A DNA stretch of 37,299 bases from positions 1-37,299 of IMG/VR virus record IMGVR_UViG_3300033516_000134. One strand, written 5' to 3'. Below the pieces are notes generated by a model that did not search any database, was not told the DNA's origin, and was given only the letters and a program-made list of their open reading frames with translations. Numbering within the stretch: position 1 is the first letter of the stretch; the number at the start of each line of letters is the position of its first letter. The DNA is from a virus. A program made the translations under genes and the position numbers. This document shows positions 1-8,364 of this stretch, piece after piece.

Positions 1-141
1 ACCGCCGCTGCGATCGGGAAGCCGAACTGTTTCAGGATTTCGATGATGTCCATACTATGCGTTCGCCGATATGGTGATTGGTTTGTAAATGATAGCCTGT
101 ACCGCTATTGATGGCGACGACGCATGTCCTGTGATCACCGA
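1..141. repeat. Terminal direct repeat identical to 37159..37299; self-overlap of a circular contig
   Basis: Both ends compared base by base: 141/141 identical. The repeat holds the first 53 nt (ATG at 53-51, minus strand) of the gene at 36774..37211 and the 3' end of the gene at 55..696. Confidence 0.95.
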
Positions 142-696
142 CCCCGCGATGACTTCAACATATCCTGCCGTGATCCGCGCCTTGATCCGGTAAGTTACGG
201 TGATGCCTGAATGTGTCCATGTCAAGACATTGACGAAGGTGTCATTAGTTGCGATGACCGTCGCCTCGTTTGATCCTGACAGCAAGCCGGTGTATGCGCC
301 ATAGCCAGAGTTGAAAAGACCCTGCGCTCGGCAGATCCGCACCTGCCCTGCGTCGATATACTGCGCTCCGCAAACTAGCTCGACATTCGGATAGAACCCA
401 AGTCCAGACACATTCCACTTCCAGTTAAACTGGCTAAAGTTTAACATGCCTGGAATAGATGCTGCCACTCGCACATATGACTGCGTATCGTAGTGCGTGC
501 TTAGAACCCCGCTGCTTGAATAGGTAAAGTTGCGGACCTCGCCAATGCTATCGACTGCATAGACGATGCGCCTGATACCGACCGTGGTATATGAAGGCGG
601 TCGGCAGATTGCCAGCCGCCACTCATCCCGCAGCCTTTTCAGCAGGTACGATGTCAACGGACTATCTTGGTCGATTTCGGAGTTAGCTATGCTCAT
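55..696 (-). CDS. Tail fibre / receptor-binding candidate (paralogue C of three)
   Basis: 213-aa ORF. N-terminus SIANSEIDQDSPLTSYLLKRLRDE matches the N-termini of the two upstream genes. The rest is a Ser/Thr/Gly/Val-rich beta-type sequence. 4-nt overlap with upstream gene; visibly lower GC than the rest of the genome. Confidence 0.6.
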   Translation of the reverse strand: MSIANSEIDQDSPLTSYLLKRLRDEWRLAICRPPSYTTVGIRRIVYAVDSIGEVRNFTYSSSGVLSTHYDTQSYVRVAASIPGMLNFSQFNWKWNVSGLGFYPNVELVCGAQYIDAGQVRICRAQGLFNSGYGAYTGLLSGSNEATVIATNDTFVNVLTWTHSGITVTYRIKARITAGYVEVIAGSVITGHASSPSIAVQAIIYKPITISANA

Positions 697-1436
697 GGCA
701 GTCCAATCATGACTTGCGTCCCGAACGCCTCGGAGTTCAACGACTGCTGTTGAACGAATGCTATTCCGTTCATCGCATTGTTAGACTTTACCGCAGTTAG
801 CGTAATTACATACGCCTCTGCGCTGGCGCTTGCCGATGCAGTAACGGTCATGGTGTGTCCACCATCAACCATAGTGAAGAGCGAAACTGTTCCGCCAGCA
901 ATCGGGACCATGACGGTTCCGGCGAATAACGGTCCACTGAATGCAACGTCATATCCACCCGGATCCCATACCCAGGTCGGTCTTGTCAGCGGGTAAAAAT
1001 AAAACTCACGGGTGTTGTCGAGCAGAAACACCTTCAGATGGGTCGCAACTCCACCAGAATAGACAATGCCAAACCGCAGCGGCACGGTCCCGAAGTAATA
1101 GCCGCCTGCAGAATAATCGAACCCGATCGACAGCGGCAACGCGCACGACATAATGCGGCGTGGAAAGACCGGGTACGATGCTGACCCGCCTGGACCTCCA
1201 GTGGCGCTGATGATCTTGCGGTAATACTCGTTTTCGAGGGTGCGCGATCCAATGTCGCTAGGCCAGTTGATAGACGCCGCAAGTGCGATCTGATCCTGTG
1301 CAACCGGGGTGACGCCACCATCGACTGCCACAAGGCCAGCAACTAAATCATACGGGTTGTCGCGCAATCGCCGCATGAGCGAGTGCGTGATCGGTGATCC
1401 TGGGTCAACATCGCTGTCAAGGATGATCTGATACAT
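693..1436 (-). CDS. Tail fibre / receptor-binding candidate (paralogue B of three)
   Basis: 247-aa ORF. N-terminus YQIILDSDVDPGSPITHSLMRRLRDN is shared with neighbours; C-terminal part is divergent and beta-rich; 1-nt gap to upstream gene. Confidence 0.6.
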   Translation of the reverse strand: MYQIILDSDVDPGSPITHSLMRRLRDNPYDLVAGLVAVDGGVTPVAQDQIALAASINWPSDIGSRTLENEYYRKIISATGGPGGSASYPVFPRRIMSCALPLSIGFDYSAGGYYFGTVPLRFGIVYSGGVATHLKVFLLDNTREFYFYPLTRPTWVWDPGGYDVAFSGPLFAGTVMVPIAGGTVSLFTMVDGGHTMTVTASASASAEAYVITLTAVKSNNAMNGIAFVQQQSLNSEAFGTQVMIGLP

Positions 1437-1437
1437 A

Positions 1438-2148
1438 CTATCCCCTCGCTGCCAGTTTCTTTGCGGTGCGCCATGTGGTCACCTCCCAGCCTGCGTTCAC
1501 CGTGGACCACGACGGAGCAGTCATGCGCGTCCTGATGTATAGTCCATTCGCGTCCTCGGTAATATCTATCCAGAACGTCATGTCTCCACGCTCGGTGTTA
1601 TAGAGCGCAACAGCAAGCGAAGCGCCAGAGGCAATACTTATGCCGCTGCACAGATTGATAAGGGGTGGACCGTTTGATCCGTACATAATCGGAAAGTATG
1701 CCGACGATAGCGTTCTGCCTGATGCCTCTCGCTGCAGCCTGATCGCACCGTTGATCGAAGCGCCGCTGATCGACGCGCCGCCTGTGCTGTCCGCAGTCAC
1801 ATAGAGGCGTAGCGTCAGCGAAAGGTTTCCGCTAGAGTGCAAAGCGGACAGTCGCGTATCGTAGATGGTGACATCTAGCTCGCTCGGATTGGTCTTACTG
1901 TAAAACTCTTTTGTCGCTCCGATGATTGAAACCGCGCCGCCCGGTGCTGCAGCGCCGCTGTCTTGGTAATAATCCTCGTTTGAATCCTCGAAGTCATATT
2001 GCGGGACAACGATTGGAGTCGGGTTCGTTGAATCAACGCCCATTGCCGCAAGGTAATTGTTCCGCAGGCGAACAAAGATCGACGCCAGGGGTTCGTCCCC
2101 TGGTTCAATTTCGCTGTCGAGGATCGGCGTGTATATGGGAACCGGCAT
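1438..2148 (-). CDS. Tail fibre / receptor-binding candidate (paralogue A of three)
   Basis: 236-aa ORF. N-terminus IYTPILDSEIEPGDEPLASIFVRLRNN is shared with neighbours; follows the 609-aa tail protein after a 1-nt gap. Confidence 0.6.
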   Translation of the reverse strand: MPVPIYTPILDSEIEPGDEPLASIFVRLRNNYLAAMGVDSTNPTPIVVPQYDFEDSNEDYYQDSGAAAPGGAVSIIGATKEFYSKTNPSELDVTIYDTRLSALHSSGNLSLTLRLYVTADSTGGASISGASINGAIRLQREASGRTLSSAYFPIMYGSNGPPLINLCSGISIASGASLAVALYNTERGDMTFWIDITEDANGLYIRTRMTAPSWSTVNAGWEVTTWRTAKKLAARG

Positions 2149-2149
2149 G

Positions 2150-3979
2150 TTAGGTCATTTCGTATGCGGGTGATCCGTTGCTCATCAGACCAAGGTCATC
2201 CGATATGTAAACCCATGCCGCACGATCCGAGGGTGAGGCGCTGCCATAGTTCGCTGGTGCTGGGATCGGGTCGAGCAGATCGGCAGGGTGCGTGATCTTG
2301 GCTTGACTTCCAATCGCCAGGACTTCCAGCCCGACGCAATCATAGAGCAGCCCGGTCGTGTCGCCCTTTTCCTGCATCTGGGTCAGCAAGGCATAGACCG
2401 ATGATGGAGCGCCGTAGATGTCCTGCGCCTGCCGGGTTGTGACTGACACGATGTCGCCAACCCAGAACCCGTCATCCTTCGGGTCGAGGGAAAAGCTGAC
2501 CACGCGCCTGATGTTTTCGTACTGCTGCAGCAGGTTGCCGTTGATCTGGATGACGGTCGCAACATCAGCGACGGTCAGCCACCTCGACCGCACGGTGCGG
2601 ATGGATGGCTTGCCATACTGCAGGTCGCTTTCACGGTCCAGATTCACACGGACATCGGTGGTGCGATAGGACTGCAGCAGTTCCATGTTCGCCAACGGCC
2701 AGGACAGGTCGAACATCATCCATGTTTGAGTGATGAGCGTTGCCGAGTCCGTCATCACCTGCACGGAATCAGCGACCAGATGATCCGCTTCGTTCAGAAA
2801 TGCAGACGCAGAGTCCTCCGCACGCACCCCCTTCAGCTTCACTTTTTGATCCCGGTCGTGCCACCAGATGATGACGCCGAGTTGCGTCAGTTCGGTGATC
2901 AGCGTTTTCACATCGGTCGGATTCACAATCAAGGCGCTGATGGAGAGGTACGAATACTGATCGTCAATCAGCGTGACCCAGTTCGCGTAGTCGAGGAACG
3001 ATGCGTCGATGCCTGCCGCTCTGTTCAGCAGATCGAACAGGACATCGTAGATCATCTGCTCATCGTACCACCAGCACGGGACCACGCCTGCGCCGATTCT
3101 GTGTTCCTTCGCCACATTGTAGCTTGGCTCATATCTGGCAGGCATCGACGCCCGATTGACGGTGAGCGTTGCCGATGCGGTGCCGATGCCGGTTTGCGCC
3201 GTCACCAGCATGATCTCATCCTCGACGCGTATGTACCGCTGACTGGCGTTCCACCATGTCAGCAGGTCTTCAGCAGGCGCAACGGTCAGGATCGTTGCGA
3301 CATCGTTCGCCAGGACGGACAGCTTGGCAACGCTCGCCTGCGGAACCTTCGCCTTTTCTCCATCAGCGAAGCGCAGCGGATCCTTCCCGTTGATCGTGAC
3401 TACCCCGTTCTGATCTGGTCCGGTGATGTCCGAAACGATGTAGCTGCGCGAGCGAAAGTTTGCCGCATCATAGCTACCGTCAGGGTTCAGGAACCCGGTG
3501 CGGATGACCAGCCTGCGGTTTGCCCAGAACTTATTTCGAGCCAGCCACTTGCCCCAGAATGTCCCTTGTGCATCGGGCTGGTAGGCGCGGGTCGAAAGGT
3601 ACGGGTCGCAGCCCGAGTCGGACCACGGGTGATCTTGGATGGTGATGCTGACCGATGAGCGGACGCCCAGCCCCTTGCCCGGCTGCAGGATGGCAGTGGT
3701 TGAATCGACATTGATGATGGTCGGGATCACTGGCGGCTCGCCTGCCGCCTGCAGCCCGTCGAGGCGCACCGTGCTGAAGCGATAGGGAACATCCGCCTGC
3801 GCGTAGTTCGGCTCATCCTGGCAGGAAGATAGGGTGTTGAAGCACAGCTGCGCTCCAGTGACTCCGACCGCTGCGGTGCATGGCGCAGATCCATAGACGC
3901 GCGTGCATCGTGGGCTGGGTAGCTCCACGATATAGACCAGCGCCTTGCCGTATTCGTTTGCGCGCTCTACGAAGGTCAT
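2150..3979 (-). CDS. Tail tip / baseplate hub protein candidate
   Basis: 609-aa ORF, second gene after the tape measure, 4-nt overlap with upstream ORF. N-terminal four-Cys cluster (C25, C34, C46, C53). Function assigned from position only. Confidence 0.5.
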   Translation of the reverse strand: MTFVERANEYGKALVYIVELPSPRCTRVYGSAPCTAAVGVTGAQLCFNTLSSCQDEPNYAQADVPYRFSTVRLDGLQAAGEPPVIPTIINVDSTTAILQPGKGLGVRSSVSITIQDHPWSDSGCDPYLSTRAYQPDAQGTFWGKWLARNKFWANRRLVIRTGFLNPDGSYDAANFRSRSYIVSDITGPDQNGVVTINGKDPLRFADGEKAKVPQASVAKLSVLANDVATILTVAPAEDLLTWWNASQRYIRVEDEIMLVTAQTGIGTASATLTVNRASMPARYEPSYNVAKEHRIGAGVVPCWWYDEQMIYDVLFDLLNRAAGIDASFLDYANWVTLIDDQYSYLSISALIVNPTDVKTLITELTQLGVIIWWHDRDQKVKLKGVRAEDSASAFLNEADHLVADSVQVMTDSATLITQTWMMFDLSWPLANMELLQSYRTTDVRVNLDRESDLQYGKPSIRTVRSRWLTVADVATVIQINGNLLQQYENIRRVVSFSLDPKDDGFWVGDIVSVTTRQAQDIYGAPSSVYALLTQMQEKGDTTGLLYDCVGLEVLAIGSQAKITHPADLLDPIPAPANYGSASPSDRAAWVYISDDLGLMSNGSPAYEMT

Positions 3980-4743
3980 TGCGTAAGGAACCTTATCGGC
4001 ATTTCCACCTTCATGCGCGGAGGTGGACGGTCATTGGTCGGCGCATTGATTTCGGTCGCAACCGCGAACGCAATTTCCTGCGCGTGACCGGCAGGATCCC
4101 ACTGCCAGAAAAACGCCTTGCGTGCGGCATGGATGGCGAAGGGATCCCAGGTCGAGCGGACCCATGCAGGGTCAAGCAGGTTCAATGACAGCTTGCCGTT
4201 CTTTTCAATCCGCTTGATGTTGCGACCGAGGATGCTGCCGTTCATGCTGGCAATGTTCTGCAGGATCACCCCCTGGTACAGCTCGGGCGGTGAGACATCC
4301 GCCCACTGGCCGATGGGGAACTCCATCGCTGATCCGATCGCAACCTGACGAATGTCGATCGTGGCACCTGGCGTTGCCGGTTCCCAGACAATGCGGTATC
4401 GCGCATAGGTCATGCTGACCGAGGACCAGATCATCGTCGCTCCACTAAGCCCGACGCTGACCACATCTGCCCATGATCCAGAGAACCGCTGCAGCTTGAG
4501 GTTCCCAGATGATCCAGCGGCAGCGACCCAGAGGACGAAGGTAGTCACCGCCTCCGCGCCACCCATATTCACTTCGAGGTTTTGACCATCGTCCATCCTG
4601 AAGATTGTGAAGTCGCGCCAGTCGTAGGCGTTGACCGGCTCGAACCCGCTGATGGGTGTGCCGCTATAGGTGACGGTTCCTCGCGCGTAGAAATTATCAT
4701 ACAGCACCTTCGCCTTGGTCATCGACGGTTCGTATGGCATCAC
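3976..4743 (-). CDS. Distal tail protein candidate
   Basis: 255-aa ORF immediately downstream of the tape measure gene (4-nt overlap). Function assigned from conserved siphovirus gene order only. Confidence 0.45.
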   Translation of the reverse strand: MMPYEPSMTKAKVLYDNFYARGTVTYSGTPISGFEPVNAYDWRDFTIFRMDDGQNLEVNMGGAEAVTTFVLWVAAAGSSGNLKLQRFSGSWADVVSVGLSGATMIWSSVSMTYARYRIVWEPATPGATIDIRQVAIGSAMEFPIGQWADVSPPELYQGVILQNIASMNGSILGRNIKRIEKNGKLSLNLLDPAWVRSTWDPFAIHAARKAFFWQWDPAGHAQEIAFAVATEINAPTNDRPPPRMKVEMPIRFLTQ

Positions 4744-7277
4744 ATCACCTGCGCTTTCAGAGTCATGTTGTCGCCTGCCTGCTCGTTGATCGCTCCGATC
4801 AAACCGCGCACCTGCCCGGCGCTGAAGTTGTTTCCATAGAGCGAGACATTGACCTGCGATGTTGACCCGGCGCTGCGCTCATCGGTTGACGCGCCGGTTC
4901 CATTGCCCTGCGATGTTGCGCCGCCGCCGCCACCGCCTGCGCTGCCTCCACCCTGGTACTGGGTGGTTGCGATCTTGATGACATTCGCCATGCCTGCCGC
5001 GACGATCATCGCGGTCGCGGCAATAGCTGCGGCTGGACCCATCGTGGCAGCGGACGCCATAGCGTTCGTCGCTGCGAGGTAGGTGCTGATCGTGGCTTGC
5101 GCTATGCTGAACGCCTTCCACATCATAAACTCTTTACGTTTTTTCTGATCCATCGCAGCAGCGAAAGCGCCGAACATATTGCCCATCGCACCAAGCACCA
5201 TCTGTTCAGCCGCCATGCGTAGCTGCGACTCGGTTTGCTTGATCTTGGTCATCGCCGTTTCGTGCGCGGCGTATGCTGCTTCCTGCGTGGCGTATGCCTG
5301 CTCGTCCGTCGCCTGACCAGCAGCCCACTCGCTCTGCGCCGCTGCCAGTTTGTCGGCAAGGCGCTGGTCCTCAATCGCGCGCATCGCCTCGAAGGACTCG
5401 AAGCGTTGAGCGAGCGAGAGGTCCGAGTATTGGGTCTGCAGATTCAGGCGTTCCATTTCGGCATCGGCAACAAGGTCGCGCATCTTGCCTTCGTGCGCCA
5501 TCCGCAGCGAAGCAATCGCTTCCATCTTTTCCGACTCTTTGCCGATCGCCTCGGCATTGAACGCCTCTAGCGCCGCAAGCCTTTCAGCATAGACGGTGCG
5601 CTCTGCTTCGACTGGACCCATTGCGCCGAGCATGAAGTCCGCGCGAGCCTGCGCCGCCTTATCGTACAAACCCTTCCATTCATCGGACAGTTTGTCGATT
5701 GCCGCCTGCTCATCATCAGTCGTGACGCGCATCGCTGGCGCAGCGCCACGCACCGGGGCAACGGACGGACCAGTCGCCGCTTCGTTTGCCTTTTCAATTT
5801 CTGTGCTGACTCCCGCCCACTGCATGACCAGATTGTGAATGGATGATTCGCTTGCAATGCGGTTGAAGTAGTCAACGGTTTTCTGCGTAGCTCCAGCGAA
5901 CTCGTCCTTCAGATCAGCGAACCAGCCCGAGACGAAAGACTTCCCGTTGACATTGCCAAGCCCGTCCAGAGCGCCGCGCATCTGGTCGGTGCCGATCTTG
6001 ACCCGACCGCTGGCCGATTCGATGCCGCGCTTGACATCGGTATCGACGGTCATCGCCCAGTTCTCGAAGTCCATACCAAGCTGCGCCAGCGACTCACCGC
6101 CAGCGATACCGAACTGCTTGAACAGTTCGCCAAGGTTCCGCATCTTGCCAGCAATGTTCATCGACAACCACTTGAACAGTTCCAAGAACCCACCCTTGAT
6201 GTTCTGGAACAGGTAGTCGAGACTGCCCCAGATCACCTTCGCCATACCGGCGAACAGATCGACAAGGCCAGGGATCGCGCGACCGAGATAGGTGACGAAC
6301 TGGACCGCCTTTTCCAGCGCAGCCGACAAGGCGTAGCCGATGCCGCTGCCGAGTCCCTTCAGAGCGGTGAACGCCAGATCGACAACGCGCCACAGATCCA
6401 GCACCACCGCCACCGCCAGCTTGGCAGTCTCGGTCACGATGCCGAGGATAGTGCCAACCGACCCGCTTGCCTCGGTCGCCTTGCGTGCTTCCTGCGCCAT
6501 CCACGAAAAGTCATCAGCGACGGCGGCAATCGCCTTGCCGCTCATCGTTTCGATTGTCCCCTTCAGCTTTTCAATTTCGTCGCCTGCATCCTTCAGCGCA
6601 GAGACTTCGAGCTTCGAGAGAACGCGACCCGTCCGCTCCGCTTCCAGTCCGGTCTGCTTGATCGCCTCCGCACCCATGCCGACCAGTTCGGCCATGTTGC
6701 GTGCTTCCTTGCCGAAGATCATCTGCGACATGGCGTAGCGATCTTGTGAATTCGTGACGGTATTCAGCCCTTCGGCCAGCCGGTAAAACGCTTCCTCGGT
6801 CCCGGCTTCCTTCAGGGACGCTGCGCTGGTCCCGAAGTTGCGGAGGATCTGCGCCGCATCGGACCCGCTGTCGGATGCCGCAGAAATGAACTGCGACATC
6901 TTGAGCAGCGAATTGTTCATGCCTGACATCGAACTGCCCGACTCGACCGCCGCAGCCTGAAGGCGCTGCAGTTGCTCGACCGTCATGCCGAGCGCCGCCG
7001 CAGTTTTCCCGAGACTGTCGCCACGCTCGAAGGCAGCGGACACGGTGCTGAAGGTTGCGTAGGCAGCAGCCGCGCCAACCATCGCACCGCCGAAGGACTT
7101 CACATGGCTGGCAACGGCAGCAAAGGACGCACCGATCTTGGAGTCGATGCGTCCCGTGACTGCGGTGATGTTGCGCTGGAACTCGGTCGCCGCCTGCTGC
7201 GCCTTGACGAAAGCAGCCTGCAGCCCGGCAGATGATCCGGTGATGGCGACCGAGAGGGTTCCGACCTGCTGCGTCAT
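4740..7277 (-). CDS. Tail tape measure protein
   Basis: 845 aa, Ala/Gln/Glu-rich helical sequence with hydrophobic Ala/Gly segments and a Gly-rich tail (GGGSAGGGGGGATSQGNG). Directly follows the chaperone pair; its ATG overlaps the stop of the frameshift ORF (ATGA). Confidence 0.85.
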   Translation of the reverse strand: MTQQVGTLSVAITGSSAGLQAAFVKAQQAATEFQRNITAVTGRIDSKIGASFAAVASHVKSFGGAMVGAAAAYATFSTVSAAFERGDSLGKTAAALGMTVEQLQRLQAAAVESGSSMSGMNNSLLKMSQFISAASDSGSDAAQILRNFGTSAASLKEAGTEEAFYRLAEGLNTVTNSQDRYAMSQMIFGKEARNMAELVGMGAEAIKQTGLEAERTGRVLSKLEVSALKDAGDEIEKLKGTIETMSGKAIAAVADDFSWMAQEARKATEASGSVGTILGIVTETAKLAVAVVLDLWRVVDLAFTALKGLGSGIGYALSAALEKAVQFVTYLGRAIPGLVDLFAGMAKVIWGSLDYLFQNIKGGFLELFKWLSMNIAGKMRNLGELFKQFGIAGGESLAQLGMDFENWAMTVDTDVKRGIESASGRVKIGTDQMRGALDGLGNVNGKSFVSGWFADLKDEFAGATQKTVDYFNRIASESSIHNLVMQWAGVSTEIEKANEAATGPSVAPVRGAAPAMRVTTDDEQAAIDKLSDEWKGLYDKAAQARADFMLGAMGPVEAERTVYAERLAALEAFNAEAIGKESEKMEAIASLRMAHEGKMRDLVADAEMERLNLQTQYSDLSLAQRFESFEAMRAIEDQRLADKLAAAQSEWAAGQATDEQAYATQEAAYAAHETAMTKIKQTESQLRMAAEQMVLGAMGNMFGAFAAAMDQKKRKEFMMWKAFSIAQATISTYLAATNAMASAATMGPAAAIAATAMIVAAGMANVIKIATTQYQGGGSAGGGGGGATSQGNGTGASTDERSAGSTSQVNVSLYGNNFSAGQVRGLIGAINEQAGDNMTLKAQVM

Positions 7278-7525
7278 AGCTCGACTCCGATGGTCCGTAG
7301 ATGTTCCGTCAAGCCAGCCAGCCGGTCCTCGTCATAGAGGCTGCTGTTCCCGACCTGAACCGTCCGCACTTTCGCGCGCACTTCCATCAGCAGGCACATT
7401 TCCCGATAGGTCATGTTCCAGGCATCGTCCATGCGCTGCCCATATTCGAGGACGCAGATTGCGGCGCAGGCACTCCAGTCGAGTCCGTCGCCTAGTTCTA
7501 GGTCTGCGCCGCTTCCGGTTTTCCC
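7274..7525 (-). CDS. -1 frameshift extension of the tail assembly chaperone (gpGT-like product)
   Basis: My own translation of the -1 frame gives an open 81-codon frame from the slippery site to TGA at 7276-7274: TGSGADLELGDGLDWSACAAICVLEYGQRMDDAWNMTYREMCLLMEVRAK...IGVEL. It has no start codon near its 5' end and fills the otherwise empty gap between chaperone and tape measure. Confidence 0.7.
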   Translation of the reverse strand, partial: GKTGSGADLELGDGLDWSACAAICVLEYGQRMDDAWNMTYREMCLLMEVRAKVRTVQVGNSSLYDEDRLAGLTEHLRTIGVEL

Positions 7526-7881
7526 TCGGCCACCGCATCCTTCGCCTGACGGAGTGCCTTTTCGCCGGTCACGGCGTTGCCCAGGAACTCCATGTAGTTC
7601 GGAATATGGTTCGCCAGCCCGTCACGGTAGATCGCTGCGCCGATCTCATCGAAGGTCGGAGGACGCGCGTGCGACTTCCATGCAGCGGTGATGCCTGCAT
7701 GGTATGCCGCAGCGACCGCCTTGAACGGTGCGCTCTGCCTTTCGCCCAACGCCTTCATCGCCTCGAAGACCGACATATGCGCTCGGTCCTCGAAGGCGAC
7801 GATGGCGGCAAACGATGGCCGCATGATGTAAGTTTTTCCGTCAAGGGTGACTTCGATTTCACCCGCTGCGACATTAGCCAT
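7498..7881 (-). CDS. Tail assembly chaperone (GTA g10-like)
   Basis: 127 aa between the major tail protein and the tape measure. N-terminus GEIEVTLDGKTYIMRPSFAAIVAFED resembles GTA-type chaperones; a slippery site sits near the 3' end. Confidence 0.75.
   Translation of the reverse strand: MANVAAGEIEVTLDGKTYIMRPSFAAIVAFEDRAHMSVFEAMKALGERQSAPFKAVAAAYHAGITAAWKSHARPPTFDEIGAAIYRDGLANHIPNYMEFLGNAVTGEKALRQAKDAVAEGKPEAAQT
7519..7525 (-). promoter_or_regulatory. Slippery heptamer G_GGA_AAA for -1 programmed ribosomal frameshifting
   Basis: Plus strand ttttccc equals minus strand GGGAAAA. The zero-frame phasing GAG GGA AAA CCG (EGKP of the chaperone) fits the X_XXY_YYZ rule. It lies 6 codons before the chaperone stop. 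Confidence 0.7.
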
Positions 7882-7928
7882 GTTTCCTCCTACAGTTGAT
7901 GGCTGGTGGTTATGGGTCAGGGATCAGA

Positions 7929-8342
7929 TCAGGGGGCAGCGGTATAGGCAACCGCGCCAGCGGACGCGAGCGACAGCGTGTACTGCTCCGCGCCGTTGTA
8001 TTCACCGTTGCGCTCGCAACTGGTGATCAGGAACGCGCCGAGGAACGAATCACCACGACCGCTGATGAGCTTCAGCGTGATGATCGCACCGTTGGTCACA
8101 TCGGACATGATGTCATCCAGAATCGAAGCGTCACTGAAGACGCCGCTGGCCGACATTTCCATCGACCGGATGCCGCAGGCGAGCAACTGACGCCAGGGGG
8201 TGTCGCCCTTATCGGTGACATCGACCTGCTCGTTGTTGATGGTCATGCTGGTGGAGCGCATGCCTGCGATGGTGGTGTAAGTGAACGGACCCGCTCCATC
8301 TTGCTTCTGGATGAGGAAGTCCTTGCCGCAATACTTCGCCAT
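7929..8342 (-). CDS. Major tail (tube) protein, TP901-1 / GTA g9-like
   Basis: 137 aa with motifs GKDFLI, MRSTSMTINNEQVDVTDKGDTPWRQLL and NGEYNGAEQYTLSL that are typical of this family. Canonical position upstream of the chaperones. Confidence 0.8.
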   Translation of the reverse strand: MAKYCGKDFLIQKQDGAGPFTYTTIAGMRSTSMTINNEQVDVTDKGDTPWRQLLACGIRSMEMSASGVFSDASILDDIMSDVTNGAIITLKLISGRGDSFLGAFLITSCERNGEYNGAEQYTLSLASAGAVAYTAAP

Positions 8343-8364
8343 GACTGGTTCCCTTTCGTGGGTT

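Noticed and set aside
1-141. The terminal repeat considered as a genuine physical direct terminal repeat or LTR-like element
   Set aside because: The repeat cuts through two genes rather than lying in a non-coding end region. Joining the ends restores an intact operon, which fits an assembly overlap of a circular or circularly permuted molecule. This cannot be fully excluded without reads.
55-2148. A diversity-generating retroelement targeting the fibre C-termini
   Set aside because: No reverse transcriptase gene is present, and I could find no template-repeat copy of any fibre 3' end elsewhere in the genome.
4799-7235. Numerous 60-136-aa ORFs in alternative frames and on the opposite strand inside the tape measure gene, and similar ones inside the portal, capsid, fibre and terminase genes
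   Set aside because: They are stop-codon-poor shadow frames of GC-rich coding sequence. Their products are Arg/Pro/Ala-rich with no starts or ribosome-binding sites in context, and all are embedded in well-supported longer genes.
7332-7538. 68-aa Arg-rich ORF listed in the track between the chaperone and the tape measure
   Set aside because: It is in the wrong frame. The -1 frame relative to the chaperone gives a sensible chaperone-extension sequence reached through a canonical slippery heptamer, whereas this frame encodes RKRRRPRTRRRTR-type low complexity.
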